In this document: positions 38,432 through 47,898 of the stretch, piece after piece
Position numbering within the stretch: the first letter of the stretch is position 1
Layout of the letters: each line of letters starts with the position of its first letter
Origin: an uncultured Candidatus Binatia bacterium
GTDB lineage: Bacteria > Desulfobacterota > Binatia > UBA9968 > JAJDTQ01
Length of the DNA: 64,000 bases
Assembly (NCBI GenBank): GCA_965213675.1
Contig: CBDCAF010000016.1
Coordinates: 1-64,000, forward strand
Direction: 5' to 3'
Notes under the pieces: model-generated
What the model was told of the DNA's origin: nothing
What the model saw: only the letters and a program-made list of their open reading frames with translations
The model's database searches: none
Program-made: the position numbers and the translations under genes

Positions 38432-38841
38432 TCGATGCCTCCCTTGTAGCTGATACCGGTTCGAGCACCTCGGACTACTCTCTCGGATGAGAAACTCTCT
38501 CCAAAAGAGTCTCGCCGAATTAATTTGGTCAATTGCGGATGTCTGGGAGCCCCGCTGTAGTGCCGTATATCCACTCTCCATGGAATAGGAATACGTCGTG
38601 CTTGATGGACAGAGTATATCCGTCTGCTCGTCGCTCACCTTCCGACCGGTCGGACAGTGCCCTTGTTCCACTCCGAGCGGATGGCCAAGCCGTCCCTGAT
38701 GGTCGTGGCGCCGATCAGATTGACCACGCCTCGTGGCCCACCAGGGGGCCGACCCAGGCTCCAGGACGAGTTGCCTTCGCACGACGGTGAACCGACACAG
38801 AACCCTCTCCATGCGTCGAACCTCCAGAAGCCAATAAAACA

Positions 38842-39171
38842 TTGGGGGGTGTCCCGCACCTCAAGTCCGACAGGCTGGGCGACCTGTGGAGCGTCTCCGG
38901 GGGGCCCTTCGCCGGGCTCGGGCCAGTCCCCTCGGCACGGGATCGGCGGGCGGGCTCACGGGAACGGAAACGGGCGGAACTGATGACCGTGCTGGAAACC
39001 GACCAGAAGGGGCTGACCTGGCGCGAGATCGCGGTGCTGCTCTGGGGCGCCGAACGAGTCGCGGAAGACTGGTGGCCGGGGGGCTGGATGCGCGGCCGCG
39101 TCAAGCGCCGCATCGCCAAGGCCCGCGCCATGCTGAAGGCATACCGCGATTTCGCCGCGGGGTGGCGATGA
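38842..39171 (+). pseudogene. DUF2285-like DNA-binding domain, probably N-terminally truncated
   Basis: GLTWREIAVLLWGAERVAEDW...MRGRVKRRIAKARAM..AYR; no convincing start or SD. Confidence 0.6.
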
Positions 39172-39333
39172 CGGTCGTCGGACCCGCGTTACGCCATGTT
39201 CCGGGCTTTGAATTCCGGCGGGATTCGCGATAGGGTCGTGTCCTGAACGTGGCGGGGATCGGAGGTTCGGAACGAAATGAGAATATCCCTAAAATATTGA
39301 TAAACAACCCAAAAAAACGATCTCAACACAGAA

Positions 39334-39377
39334 AAGACCCGCAGATTATGACGCGTATTAACCAGACACCACACTAG
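39334..39377. repeat. Family A MITE right end (44 bp), direct repeat of 35937-35979
   Basis: aagacccgcagattatgacgcgtattaaccagacaccacactag. Confidence 0.9.
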
Positions 39378-39407
39378 ATTGAATGCGTCACCCCGGCGTT
39401 GGTATCC

Positions 39408-41114
39408 ATGCTGCAGCAACTCCGCATCCGCAACATCGCCGTCATCGATCAGGCCGAGCTGGAGCTGGGGCCCGGGCTGAACGTGGTGACGGGCGAGACC
39501 GGCGCCGGCAAGACCATGGTCCTTGCCGCGCTGAACCTGATCCTGGGAGGTCGGGCGTCCTCCGACCTGATCCGCGCGGGGGAGACCGAGGCCGCGGTGG
39601 AGGCCCTGTTCGGCGACCTTCCGGCGCCCACGCGCGGCGCCCTGGAGGCGGCCGGCTGCGACGACGACGAGCTGGTGCTGCGGCGAGTGGTCACCCGCGG
39701 GGGCCGAGGCCGCATCTATCTGAACGGCGGCCTGACCCCGCGTTCGTTCCTTTCCGGGATCGGCGCCGGCCTGATCCATATCTACGGGCAACACGAGCAG
39801 CACACGCTGCTGCGCACCGAGACCCACCTGGCCCTGCTCGACGCCCACGGCGACCTCGCGCCCAAGGCAACCGCCATGAAGGAACGTTTCACGGCGTTGG
39901 CGGACGCTTGGCAACGGGTATGCGATCTCCGGGAAAAGCTCGCGGACGCGGCGCGGGAAGAAGCGTTGCTGCGCGCTCAGGCGCGCGAGATCGAAGACAG
40001 CGGGCTCGAACCTGGCGAAGAAGAAGCGTTGCTGGACCGGCGGCGGCTGATCGTCCATTCCGAGAGACTCTACGAGACGTGCAAGGAGGGCCAGGGCCTC
40101 CTCTATGACGACGACAACGCGGTGGTGGGAGCGCTGGGACGGTACCTCCCGCGCCTGCGGGAAATGGCGGCCATCGACGGCGCGTTGTCCGAGGCGGTGA
40201 CGCTGCTGGAGGGATCAGCGGCACAGATCGATGAAGCCGCGGCCTTGATCCGCCAGTATGCGGATCGGCTGAACTTCGACCCGCGGGAGTTGGAACGGAT
40301 CGAGGACCGTCTGGCCGAGATCAACCGGCTGAGACGCAAATACCGCGCGCCGGTGGACGAAATCCTGGCCTTGGCCGAACGGGCAAGGGAGGAACTCGCG
40401 GCCATCGACCGCGGCGAGGAAGATCTGGCCGCGCTGACGCGGGAGTTCGAGAGCGCGCGGGATTCGGCATGGACCGCGGCGGAGGAACTGTCTCGCCTGC
40501 GCAAGCGCGCCGCCAAGACGCTCCAGCGCCGCATGGAGCAGGAAACCGGCCAGCTCGGCCTGCCGCACACGACCTTCGAGGTGCGTTTCCACGCGCGCGG
40601 CGCCACGCGCGACGAGCCGCCGTTCGTGATGGGCGGCCGGCGTCTCGGACCGGACGGCGCCGACGATCCCGAGTTCTTCTTTTCGCCGAACCCCGGCCAT
40701 GCCGCCCAACCGCTCGCCCGGATCGCCTCGGGCGGCGAGCTATCACGCCTCATGCTGGCGCTCAAGTCCATCGTGCTGACCGGGAGCGAGATCCCCACGC
40801 TGCTGTTCGACGAGGTGGATGCCGGTATCGGCGGCGGCGTGGCCGAGATGGTGGGCCGGAGGCTCGCCGCCGTGGCGCGCTCCCACCAGGTGATCTGCGT
40901 GACGCACCTGGCCCCCATCGCCGCGCTGGCGCGCTCGCACTACGTGGTGGAGAAGACCGTCGCACAAGGCCGCACGTTCACCACGGTGCGGAAGCTCGAG
41001 GAGGCCGAGCGCGTGCGCGAACTGGCGCGGATGCTGGCGGGCGTGAAGGTGACCGCTCAGGCGGAACGGCACGCCGCAGAGATGCTCAAGGTCGGCGAGT
41101 CCGGGCGGGCCTGA
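39408..41114 (+). CDS. recN: DNA repair protein RecN
   Basis: [42 protein letters not shown]. Confidence 0.97.
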   Translation: MLQQLRIRNIAVIDQAELELGPGLNVVTGETGAGKTMVLAALNLILGGRASSDLIRAGETEAAVEALFGDLPAPTRGALEAAGCDDDELVLRRVVTRGGRGRIYLNGGLTPRSFLSGIGAGLIHIYGQHEQHTLLRTETHLALLDAHGDLAPKATAMKERFTALADAWQRVCDLREKLADAAREEALLRAQAREIEDSGLEPGEEEALLDRRRLIVHSERLYETCKEGQGLLYDDDNAVVGALGRYLPRLREMAAIDGALSEAVTLLEGSAAQIDEAAALIRQYADRLNFDPRELERIEDRLAEINRLRRKYRAPVDEILALAERAREELAAIDRGEEDLAALTREFESARDSAWTAAEELSRLRKRAAKTLQRRMEQETGQLGLPHTTFEVRFHARGATRDEPPFVMGGRRLGPDGADDPEFFFSPNPGHAAQPLARIASGGELSRLMLALKSIVLTGSEIPTLLFDEVDAGIGGGVAEMVGRRLAAVARSHQVICVTHLAPIAALARSHYVVEKTVAQGRTFTTVRKLEEAERVRELARMLAGVKVTAQAERHAAEMLKVGESGRA

Positions 41115-41244
41115 CTGGCAGCCTGCCGGACTTGCATGCCTGTGCGCCCCGCTTGCTTCCCGCCCCACGTTTCGGTTATTGTTTTCTATCCATCCGGTGG
41201 TTGCGCGTCCTGATGAATCCGCAACCGCCTTTGTTCCCGGGTGT

Positions 41245-41320
<76 letters not shown>

Positions 41321-41348
41321 CTTTTCCAGAAACCTGTGCGGAGGCGGC

Positions 41349-42809
41349 GTGTCGCAGCTTCGAGCAGCGGGAGACGGGGTTTTTTCGGACTATGACCTGG
41401 ATGCGGGGTTCTACGATGAGATGTTCCAGGCTCGCGGCAACCCCCGCGAGGCTTCCCGCAGACTGCACGCGGCGTTGGCGGAACTGACGCCGGACGATCT
41501 CGTCAAGCTGCAGGACGGCGTCCACCGGCACTTCCTCCACGAAGGCATCACCTTCACGGTGCTCGACGCCGACAAGGTCACCGAACAGATCATTCCCATC
41601 GACTGCGTCCCGCGGGTGCTGACCGCGGCGGAGTGGGACCACCTCGAGCGTGGCCTCAAGCAACGCTTGGCGGCCCTCAATCTCTTCCTCAAGGACGTCT
41701 ATCACGAAGGCCGGTGCCTCAAGGAGGGCATCGTCCCCATCGACCTGGTGCTGGGCTGCCCGCAGTACCGCATGGAGATGCGCGGCATCAAGGTGCCGCA
41801 CGACATCTACGTCACCGTGTGCGGCACCGACGTGGTGCGCACCCACGACGGTTTCGCCGTCCTCGAGGACAACCTGCGGGTACCTTCCGGCGTTTCGTAC
41901 ATGCTCGCCTGCCGGAACGCCATCAAAGACGCCTTCCCGCGCCTCTATCGCGCCAACCGGGTGCGCGAGGTGTCCGACTACTCGGAGTTGCTCTACGCCA
42001 CCCTGGCCTCGCTGCGACCGGCGCGGGACAATCCCAACGTGGCGATCCTGACCCCCGGCATGCACAACGCGGCATACTACGAGCACGCCTTTCTCGCCGG
42101 CGAGATGGGCATCGATCTCGTGGAGGGACAGGATCTGGTCCTGCGCGACAGCGCCATCTACGCCCGCACCACCTCCGGTCTCCGGCGCGTGGACGTACTC
42201 TACCGAAGGATCGATGACGACTTCCTCGATCCGGTGCGTTTCCGCTCCGACTCGGCCTTGGGCACGGCGGGGCTGTTCCACGCATTCCGCGCGGGCAATG
42301 TGGTGCTTGCCAACGCCCCCGGCACCGGCGTGGCCGACGACAAGGGCGTGTATGCGTACGTGCCGGCGATCATTCGCTACTACCTCGGGGAGGAGCCGAT
42401 CCTCGCGAACGTGGAGACCTATCTGTGCCGTGAACCCGAGAATCTGACCTACACGCTGGAGCACCTCGAGGAGTTGGTGGTCAAGGAAGTGGGCGGGGCG
42501 GGAGGCTACGGCATGCTGGTGGGTCCCCACGCCAGCGCCGACGAACGCGCCCGCTACGCCGAACGGCTGCGCGCCGATCCTGCCAATTTCATCGCCCAGC
42601 CGGTGCTCGCGCTGTCCCGCGCGCCGTGCTTCATCGACGGCGCCATCGAGCCGCGCCATGTCGACCTGCGTCCGTTCGTGCTGCAGGGTCGGGACCAGCA
42701 GCACGTGGTTCCCGGAGGGTTGTGCCGGGTCGCGTTGCGCCGCGGCAGCCTGGTCGTCAACTCCAGCCAGGGCGGCGGCTGCAAGGATTTGTGGATCGTG
42801 GAGGATTGA
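41349..42809 (+). CDS. Circularly permuted type 2 ATP-grasp protein
   Basis: YDEM, VLEDNLRVPSGVSY, AYYEH, YRRIDDDFLDP, NAPGTGVADDK, VVNSSQGGGCKD. Confidence 0.95.
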   Translation: MSQLRAAGDGVFSDYDLDAGFYDEMFQARGNPREASRRLHAALAELTPDDLVKLQDGVHRHFLHEGITFTVLDADKVTEQIIPIDCVPRVLTAAEWDHLERGLKQRLAALNLFLKDVYHEGRCLKEGIVPIDLVLGCPQYRMEMRGIKVPHDIYVTVCGTDVVRTHDGFAVLEDNLRVPSGVSYMLACRNAIKDAFPRLYRANRVREVSDYSELLYATLASLRPARDNPNVAILTPGMHNAAYYEHAFLAGEMGIDLVEGQDLVLRDSAIYARTTSGLRRVDVLYRRIDDDFLDPVRFRSDSALGTAGLFHAFRAGNVVLANAPGTGVADDKGVYAYVPAIIRYYLGEEPILANVETYLCREPENLTYTLEHLEELVVKEVGGAGGYGMLVGPHASADERARYAERLRADPANFIAQPVLALSRAPCFIDGAIEPRHVDLRPFVLQGRDQQHVVPGGLCRVALRRGSLVVNSSQGGGCKDLWIVED

Positions 42810-42835
42810 GTGCGGCGGGGATCGAGGAACGGATC

Positions 42836-43807
42836 ATGCTCGCGCGCCTAGCAACCGAGTTCTACTGGCTGGGCCGTCACGCGGAGCGCATCGAGCACAC
42901 GGCGCGGCTTCTCCGCTTTCAACTCGAGCGACTGCCGGATCGGCGGCCGGACGAGCTGACCTTGGGGTGGCAGGCGGTCTACCAGATACTCGGGCGACCA
43001 TCCGCGGGAACCGCGGCCATCGGCGAAGACGCTGAAACGGTGGTCATTCCGGACGCCTACACCCTCGCCGGCGACCTTGTGGAGGAACGGGCGAATCCGG
43101 ATTCCCTGTTGTCCTGCTGGGAGTACGCGCGCGAGAACGGACAACGGGTACGGGCGCATTTGCCGCTGCCGGTCTGGACCTGCCTCAACCAGGGCTACCT
43201 GTGGATCCGTGACAGCGACTTCACCGAGGCTTGGGCGCGCGGTCCGTCGAACCTGGTGAGCGAGGCCATTGATCGACTGAATCTGTTGGCGGGAGTCGTG
43301 GAGGCGGTCATGCCCCGGGACGAAGCGTGGCGCTTTCTGGAGTTGGGCCGATTCATCGAACGCGTACAACATCAGGCGGAGCTGCTCGCGGGCTGGGTCG
43401 ATTTCAACCGCGACGAAGCGGACGCGGGCGCACTGTCGTGGGCCGACCTGCTGCGCGTGTGCGGCGCCTACGAGGTTTACTGCCGGCGGCATTCCACCAA
43501 TGTCGAACGGGCGCAGGCCCTGGGCCTTCTCACACAAGACCCGGAAGTTCCCCGCTCGCTGCGTTTCGCGACCCTGCGCATCACGCAAGTGTTGACGGGA
43601 ATCGATCCGGTGGGCGCGCGCTACCCCATGGCGGCGCCCCACCGTATGGCGTTGCGGCTGGCCGCGTCCATCGAAGTGGAACTCACCGACCTTTCCGCCG
43701 AGGGCGCGGAATTCTTCCGCTCGGTGGGACAGCACGGGCGCATGCTCCACGACCTCACCATGGCCGCTTACGTCACCCATTCGCTGCCGCAGGAGGCCGT
43801 GACGTGA
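42836..43807 (+). CDS. Alpha-E domain protein
   Basis: MLARLA..YWLGRHAERIE, ARENG, LELGRFIER, PRSL. Confidence 0.9.
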   Translation: MLARLATEFYWLGRHAERIEHTARLLRFQLERLPDRRPDELTLGWQAVYQILGRPSAGTAAIGEDAETVVIPDAYTLAGDLVEERANPDSLLSCWEYARENGQRVRAHLPLPVWTCLNQGYLWIRDSDFTEAWARGPSNLVSEAIDRLNLLAGVVEAVMPRDEAWRFLELGRFIERVQHQAELLAGWVDFNRDEADAGALSWADLLRVCGAYEVYCRRHSTNVERAQALGLLTQDPEVPRSLRFATLRITQVLTGIDPVGARYPMAAPHRMALRLAASIEVELTDLSAEGAEFFRSVGQHGRMLHDLTMAAYVTHSLPQEAVT

Positions 43808-44688
43808 CGGTGACCTACCACATCGAGCACCGCATGCGCTTTCGCTATGCCGCGCCGGTGGAGGAGTCGGTGATGACGCTCTACGTCTGCCCTCTCCGGG
43901 ACCGCGCGCAGTTGATGCAGGAGTTTCTTGTCGAGACCGAGCCGGACGGCGCCCTGTTCGAGTTTACCGATCCCTTCGGCAACACCGGGCATTTCTTCGA
44001 CCGGCCGCGGGTGCGCGACGAACTCCGCGTCGTCGCCCGTTCCGTGGTGGAGTTGGAACCGCCAGCGCGTGCCCCGGAACGGTTGGAGCCCGAGGCGTGG
44101 ACACGTCTTCGTCAGACCGGGCGCCAGGGCGCGCTGTGGCCGATGCTCCACCCCAGCCGCTTCGTGGCGCCGAGCCCGGCCCTGGAGAAGTTCCTGGCGA
44201 AACACGGCATCGCCCCCAGCGACGACCCGCTCCGCACCACCCGGGATCTTTGCGCCACGCTCTACGGCGTGTTAGAGTACGCGCCAGGCGAAACCACGGC
44301 GGACTCGCCCATCGACCGCATTCTCGAGACCGGTCGAGGCGTTTGCCAGGACTACGCGCACGTGATGGCGGCGATCCTGCGTGGATGGGGAATCCCGTGC
44401 CGCTACGTCTCGGGCTACCTGGGCCCCGCCGCGACGGGGGTGGCGGAAGGCGAGAGCCACGCGTGGGTGGAAGCCTGGTTTCCCGGCCTCGGCTGGATCG
44501 GGTTCGACCCGACCAACGACACCGAAGGCGACGCGCGTCACGTCCGGGTCGCCGTTGGACGGGACTACGCCGACGTTCCGCCCACCCGCGGCACGTTCCG
44601 TGGCGCCGGCGGTTCGGTCCTCCACACCGCAGTGGTGATCGAGCGCATCGACGGCGAGGAGTCGGCCGGCCAAGACCCGTGGACCTGA
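43804..44688 (+). CDS. Transglutaminase family protein
   Basis: GVCQDYAH, RYVSGYL, SHAWVE, GFDPTN, GRDYADV. Confidence 0.95.
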   Translation: MTVTYHIEHRMRFRYAAPVEESVMTLYVCPLRDRAQLMQEFLVETEPDGALFEFTDPFGNTGHFFDRPRVRDELRVVARSVVELEPPARAPERLEPEAWTRLRQTGRQGALWPMLHPSRFVAPSPALEKFLAKHGIAPSDDPLRTTRDLCATLYGVLEYAPGETTADSPIDRILETGRGVCQDYAHVMAAILRGWGIPCRYVSGYLGPAATGVAEGESHAWVEAWFPGLGWIGFDPTNDTEGDARHVRVAVGRDYADVPPTRGTFRGAGGSVLHTAVVIERIDGEESAGQDPWT

Positions 44689-44856
44689 AGGGCGGGGGCC
44701 GCGCCTGCACCACGGATCGATGCCTGTCGTTGAGAGCCGGGACTTGTGCTATCGAACGTCAAACAAGGGAGTTGGATCTGACACGCTGGCGGCGGCGGAA
44801 GGTCCTTATACCAGCACTACTCCAGCGCTGTGGAGTAGTGGCATATGGGAGCGATC

Positions 44857-46272
44857 ATGACACTTTCCGATGTACAGAAATTGATGGCTGACAACGACGT
44901 ACGGCGCGTCGACCTGCTTGTCACCGACCTCATCGGCCGCTGGCAGCATTTCTCGATACCCCCTTCCAAGGTGAAGGAAAGCCTGATCGAACGCGGCCAG
45001 GGTTTCGACGGTTCCAGCCTGCGGGGTTTCCAGTCCATCGATCAGTCCGACATGCTGCTGGTTCCGGATCTGGACTCGGCGCGGATCGATCCGGTGGAGC
45101 CGGAACCCTCGCTGAAGCTCATCTGCGACGTGGTCGACCCGGTCACCGGGGAGCGCTACACCCGCGATCCGCGCTGGGTCGCCACCAAGGCGGAAGCCCA
45201 CCTTGCCTCCACGGGCATCGCCGACAAGGCGTTCTTCGGCCCGGAGCTTGAGTTCTTCGTTTTCGAAAACGTGCGTTTCGGCCTCAAGATCAACTCGTCC
45301 TTTCACATCGTCGACTCCGATGAGGCCGACTGGAACTCCGCCCGGGAGGAGGACGACCACAACCTGGGCTACAAGATCCCGCCCAAGCAGGGCTATTCAC
45401 CCATCCCGCCGTTCGACCAACTCGCCGACCTGCGCTGGAAGATGGCGGAAAAGATGGAACAGGTGGGTCTGGAGTTCGAAGTCCACCACCACGAGGTCGC
45501 CACGGGCGGCCAGGGCGAGATCGCCACCCGCTTCCAGACCCTGCGCCGGAAGGCCGACGAGACCCAGTGGTACAAACACATCGTGCGCAACGTCGCCAGG
45601 GCCCATGGCAAGACCGCGACCTTCATGCCCAAGCCCTTGTTCGGCGACAACGGCAGCGGCATGCATGTGCATCAGTCGCTGTGGCTCGGCGACACCCCGC
45701 TCTTCTACGATGCCAGCGGCTATGCGGAGTTGTCCGAGGTGGCGCGCTTCTACATCGGTGGCCTGCTCCGGCACAGCCGCTCACTGCTGGCGTTCTGCGC
45801 CCCCACGACCAACTCCTACAAGCGGCTGGTGCCGGGCTTCGAAGCGCCCGTCTATTTGGCGTATTCGGCGCGCAACCGTTCCGCCGCGGTGCGCATTCCC
45901 ACGTACGAGACCTCGCCCGCCAGCAAGCGCATTGAGTATCGCTCGCCCGACCCCTCGGCCAACACTTATCTGGCCTTCTCGGCCCTGTTGATGGCCGGAC
46001 TCGACGGCATCCGCAACCGCATCGACCCGGGTGAGCCCACCGACACGGACATCTACGAACTGTCGCCGGAGGCGGCGGCGCGGATCCCTTCCGTGCCCAC
46101 ATCCATGGAAGAGGCCGTCGCCGCCTTGGGCGCGGACCACGACTACCTGCTGGAGGGCGGCGTATTCACCCAGGACGTCATCGACCATTACATCGCGTTC
46201 AAGCAACAGGAGTCGAAGGACGTCTTCCAGCATCCGGTGCCGGCGGAGTTCTTCCACTACTTTCACATTTAG
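44857..46272 (+). CDS. glnA: Glutamine synthetase type I
   Basis: FDGSS, GPELEFF, HHHEVA, TFMPKP..DNGSGMHVH, NRSAAVRIP, IEYRSPDP; adenylylation-site Tyr in DIYEL. Confidence 0.98.
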   Translation: MTLSDVQKLMADNDVRRVDLLVTDLIGRWQHFSIPPSKVKESLIERGQGFDGSSLRGFQSIDQSDMLLVPDLDSARIDPVEPEPSLKLICDVVDPVTGERYTRDPRWVATKAEAHLASTGIADKAFFGPELEFFVFENVRFGLKINSSFHIVDSDEADWNSAREEDDHNLGYKIPPKQGYSPIPPFDQLADLRWKMAEKMEQVGLEFEVHHHEVATGGQGEIATRFQTLRRKADETQWYKHIVRNVARAHGKTATFMPKPLFGDNGSGMHVHQSLWLGDTPLFYDASGYAELSEVARFYIGGLLRHSRSLLAFCAPTTNSYKRLVPGFEAPVYLAYSARNRSAAVRIPTYETSPASKRIEYRSPDPSANTYLAFSALLMAGLDGIRNRIDPGEPTDTDIYELSPEAAARIPSVPTSMEEAVAALGADHDYLLEGGVFTQDVIDHYIAFKQQESKDVFQHPVPAEFFHYFHI

Positions 46273-46420
46273 CGCGACTCCGAAGAATCATTCGTCTTTC
46301 CTGAGCCCTGCAAGGGACCTGTCCCGAGCCTGCCGCCGGGCGCCATCGGCGCCCGGCGGCAACCAAGCCGGTTTTCCCAGGGCTGGTGTCCAAATCCACG
46401 AAACGGGAGGTGCCGCGAAC

Positions 46421-47836
46421 ATGACGTTGCACGGTTTTCCGATCAAGGCTTCTGGGTTCGGTGGGAATTGGCGGCGTGTGGCGGCGGCAGGCGGTCTGGT
46501 GGCGGTCTTGGGCTTTCTGTGGCTTGCGACCGCCGCGGATGCCGCCGTGGACAAGGAGGTGCAGTTCGTCCTGAACACCTTCTCATTCCTGATCTGGGGC
46601 GCCTTGGTGATGTGGATGTGCGCCGGCTTCACCATGCTGGAAGCGGGAATGGTGCGGACCAAGAACGTCTCCATGATCTGCCTCAAGAACATCGGCCTCT
46701 ACTCCATCGCGGGGCTGATGTACTTCTTCATCGGCTACAACGTCATGTACGTGGACGTGGGCAGCGTGATCGGCACGTTTACCGGCCTGTACGGACCGAC
46801 GGCCAGCGAGGTGGCCCTGCTGGCCGGTCAGGAAGAGGCGCTCGACACGGTGCTCAAGAACGACTACTCCACCATGTCGGACTGGTTCTTCCAGATGGTA
46901 TTCGTGGCGACCACGGCGTCCATCGTCTCCGGCACACTGGCAGAACGAGTGCGGCTCTGGATCTTCTTCCTGTTCATTGCGATCCTCACCGGCCTGGTCT
47001 ACCCCATCGTGGGGGCATGGACCTGGGGCGGGGGATGGCTTGGGGCCATGGAGTTCAAGGACTTCGCCGGTTCCACCATCGTCCACTCCACCGGCGGCTG
47101 GGCAGCCTTGGCGGGGGCGCTGGTGGTGGGGCCGCGGAGCGGCAAGTTCCGTCCTGACGGCAGCGTCAAGGACACGCCGCCGTCCAACATCCCCATCGTC
47201 ACCCTCGGGGTCTTCATCCTCTGGTTCGGATGGTTCGGCTTCAACGGCGGGTCGCAACTCGCCTTGGGCGGCGCCGCCGACGCCATCGCCATCAGTCATA
47301 TCCTGGTCAACACCAACCTGGCGGGAGCCGCGGGGTTCATCATCGCCCTGGTGATGGCGCGCCCCATCCTCGGCCGCATCGACCTGCTTGCCGGTCTCAA
47401 CGGCGCCTTGGCGGGCTTGGTGTCCATCACCGCCGGACCGGACTTCGCCACGCACATCTGGGCCGTCATCATCGGCGCCATCGGCGGTGCCATCTGCGTC
47501 TCGGGCATGAAGCTCCTTGATACGCTCAAGGTGGACGACGTGGTGGGAGCGGTGCCGGTGCACCTGTTCGCGGGCATCTGGGGGACGCTGGCCACGTGCA
47601 TCGTCGCCGGCGGCAATCTCGGCGTCCAGCTTCTTGGCGTGGCCGCCGTGGGCGTGTTCGCCTTCGGGGTCTCCTATGCCCTGTGGACCGCCTTGAAGCA
47701 TCTCATGGGCGCGCGCGTCTCGGTCGCGGTGGAGGAGCTGGGACAGGACGCGGGCGAACTCGGCATCGAGGCGTATCCGGAGTTCATGCTCATGCCCGAT
47801 CCGGACGACGTGGCCGCGCTCCGCGACAACCGGTAA
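46421..47836 (+). CDS. amtB: Ammonium transporter
   Basis: FFQMVF, DFAGSTIVH, LWFGWFGFNGGS, NGALAGLVSITA, DDVVGAVPVH. Confidence 0.95.
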   Translation: MTLHGFPIKASGFGGNWRRVAAAGGLVAVLGFLWLATAADAAVDKEVQFVLNTFSFLIWGALVMWMCAGFTMLEAGMVRTKNVSMICLKNIGLYSIAGLMYFFIGYNVMYVDVGSVIGTFTGLYGPTASEVALLAGQEEALDTVLKNDYSTMSDWFFQMVFVATTASIVSGTLAERVRLWIFFLFIAILTGLVYPIVGAWTWGGGWLGAMEFKDFAGSTIVHSTGGWAALAGALVVGPRSGKFRPDGSVKDTPPSNIPIVTLGVFILWFGWFGFNGGSQLALGGAADAIAISHILVNTNLAGAAGFIIALVMARPILGRIDLLAGLNGALAGLVSITAGPDFATHIWAVIIGAIGGAICVSGMKLLDTLKVDDVVGAVPVHLFAGIWGTLATCIVAGGNLGVQLLGVAAVGVFAFGVSYALWTALKHLMGARVSVAVEELGQDAGELGIEAYPEFMLMPDPDDVAALRDNR

Positions 47837-47842
47837 CCGGTC

Positions 47843-47881
47843 CGGGAAGGGCGCCGCCCATGCCGGGCGGCGCCCTTCCCG
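47843..47881. terminator. Perfect 17-bp hairpin between convergent genes
   Basis: cgggaagggcgccgccc-atgcc-gggcggcgcccttcccg; no U-tract. Confidence 0.6.
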
Positions 47882-47898
47882 TGAAGCAAGGCGCGTGA

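Noticed and set aside
44740-44856. Glutamine riboswitch or sigma54 promoter upstream of glnA
   Set aside because: Neither the riboswitch core nor a TGGCAC-N5-TTGC element was found by eye
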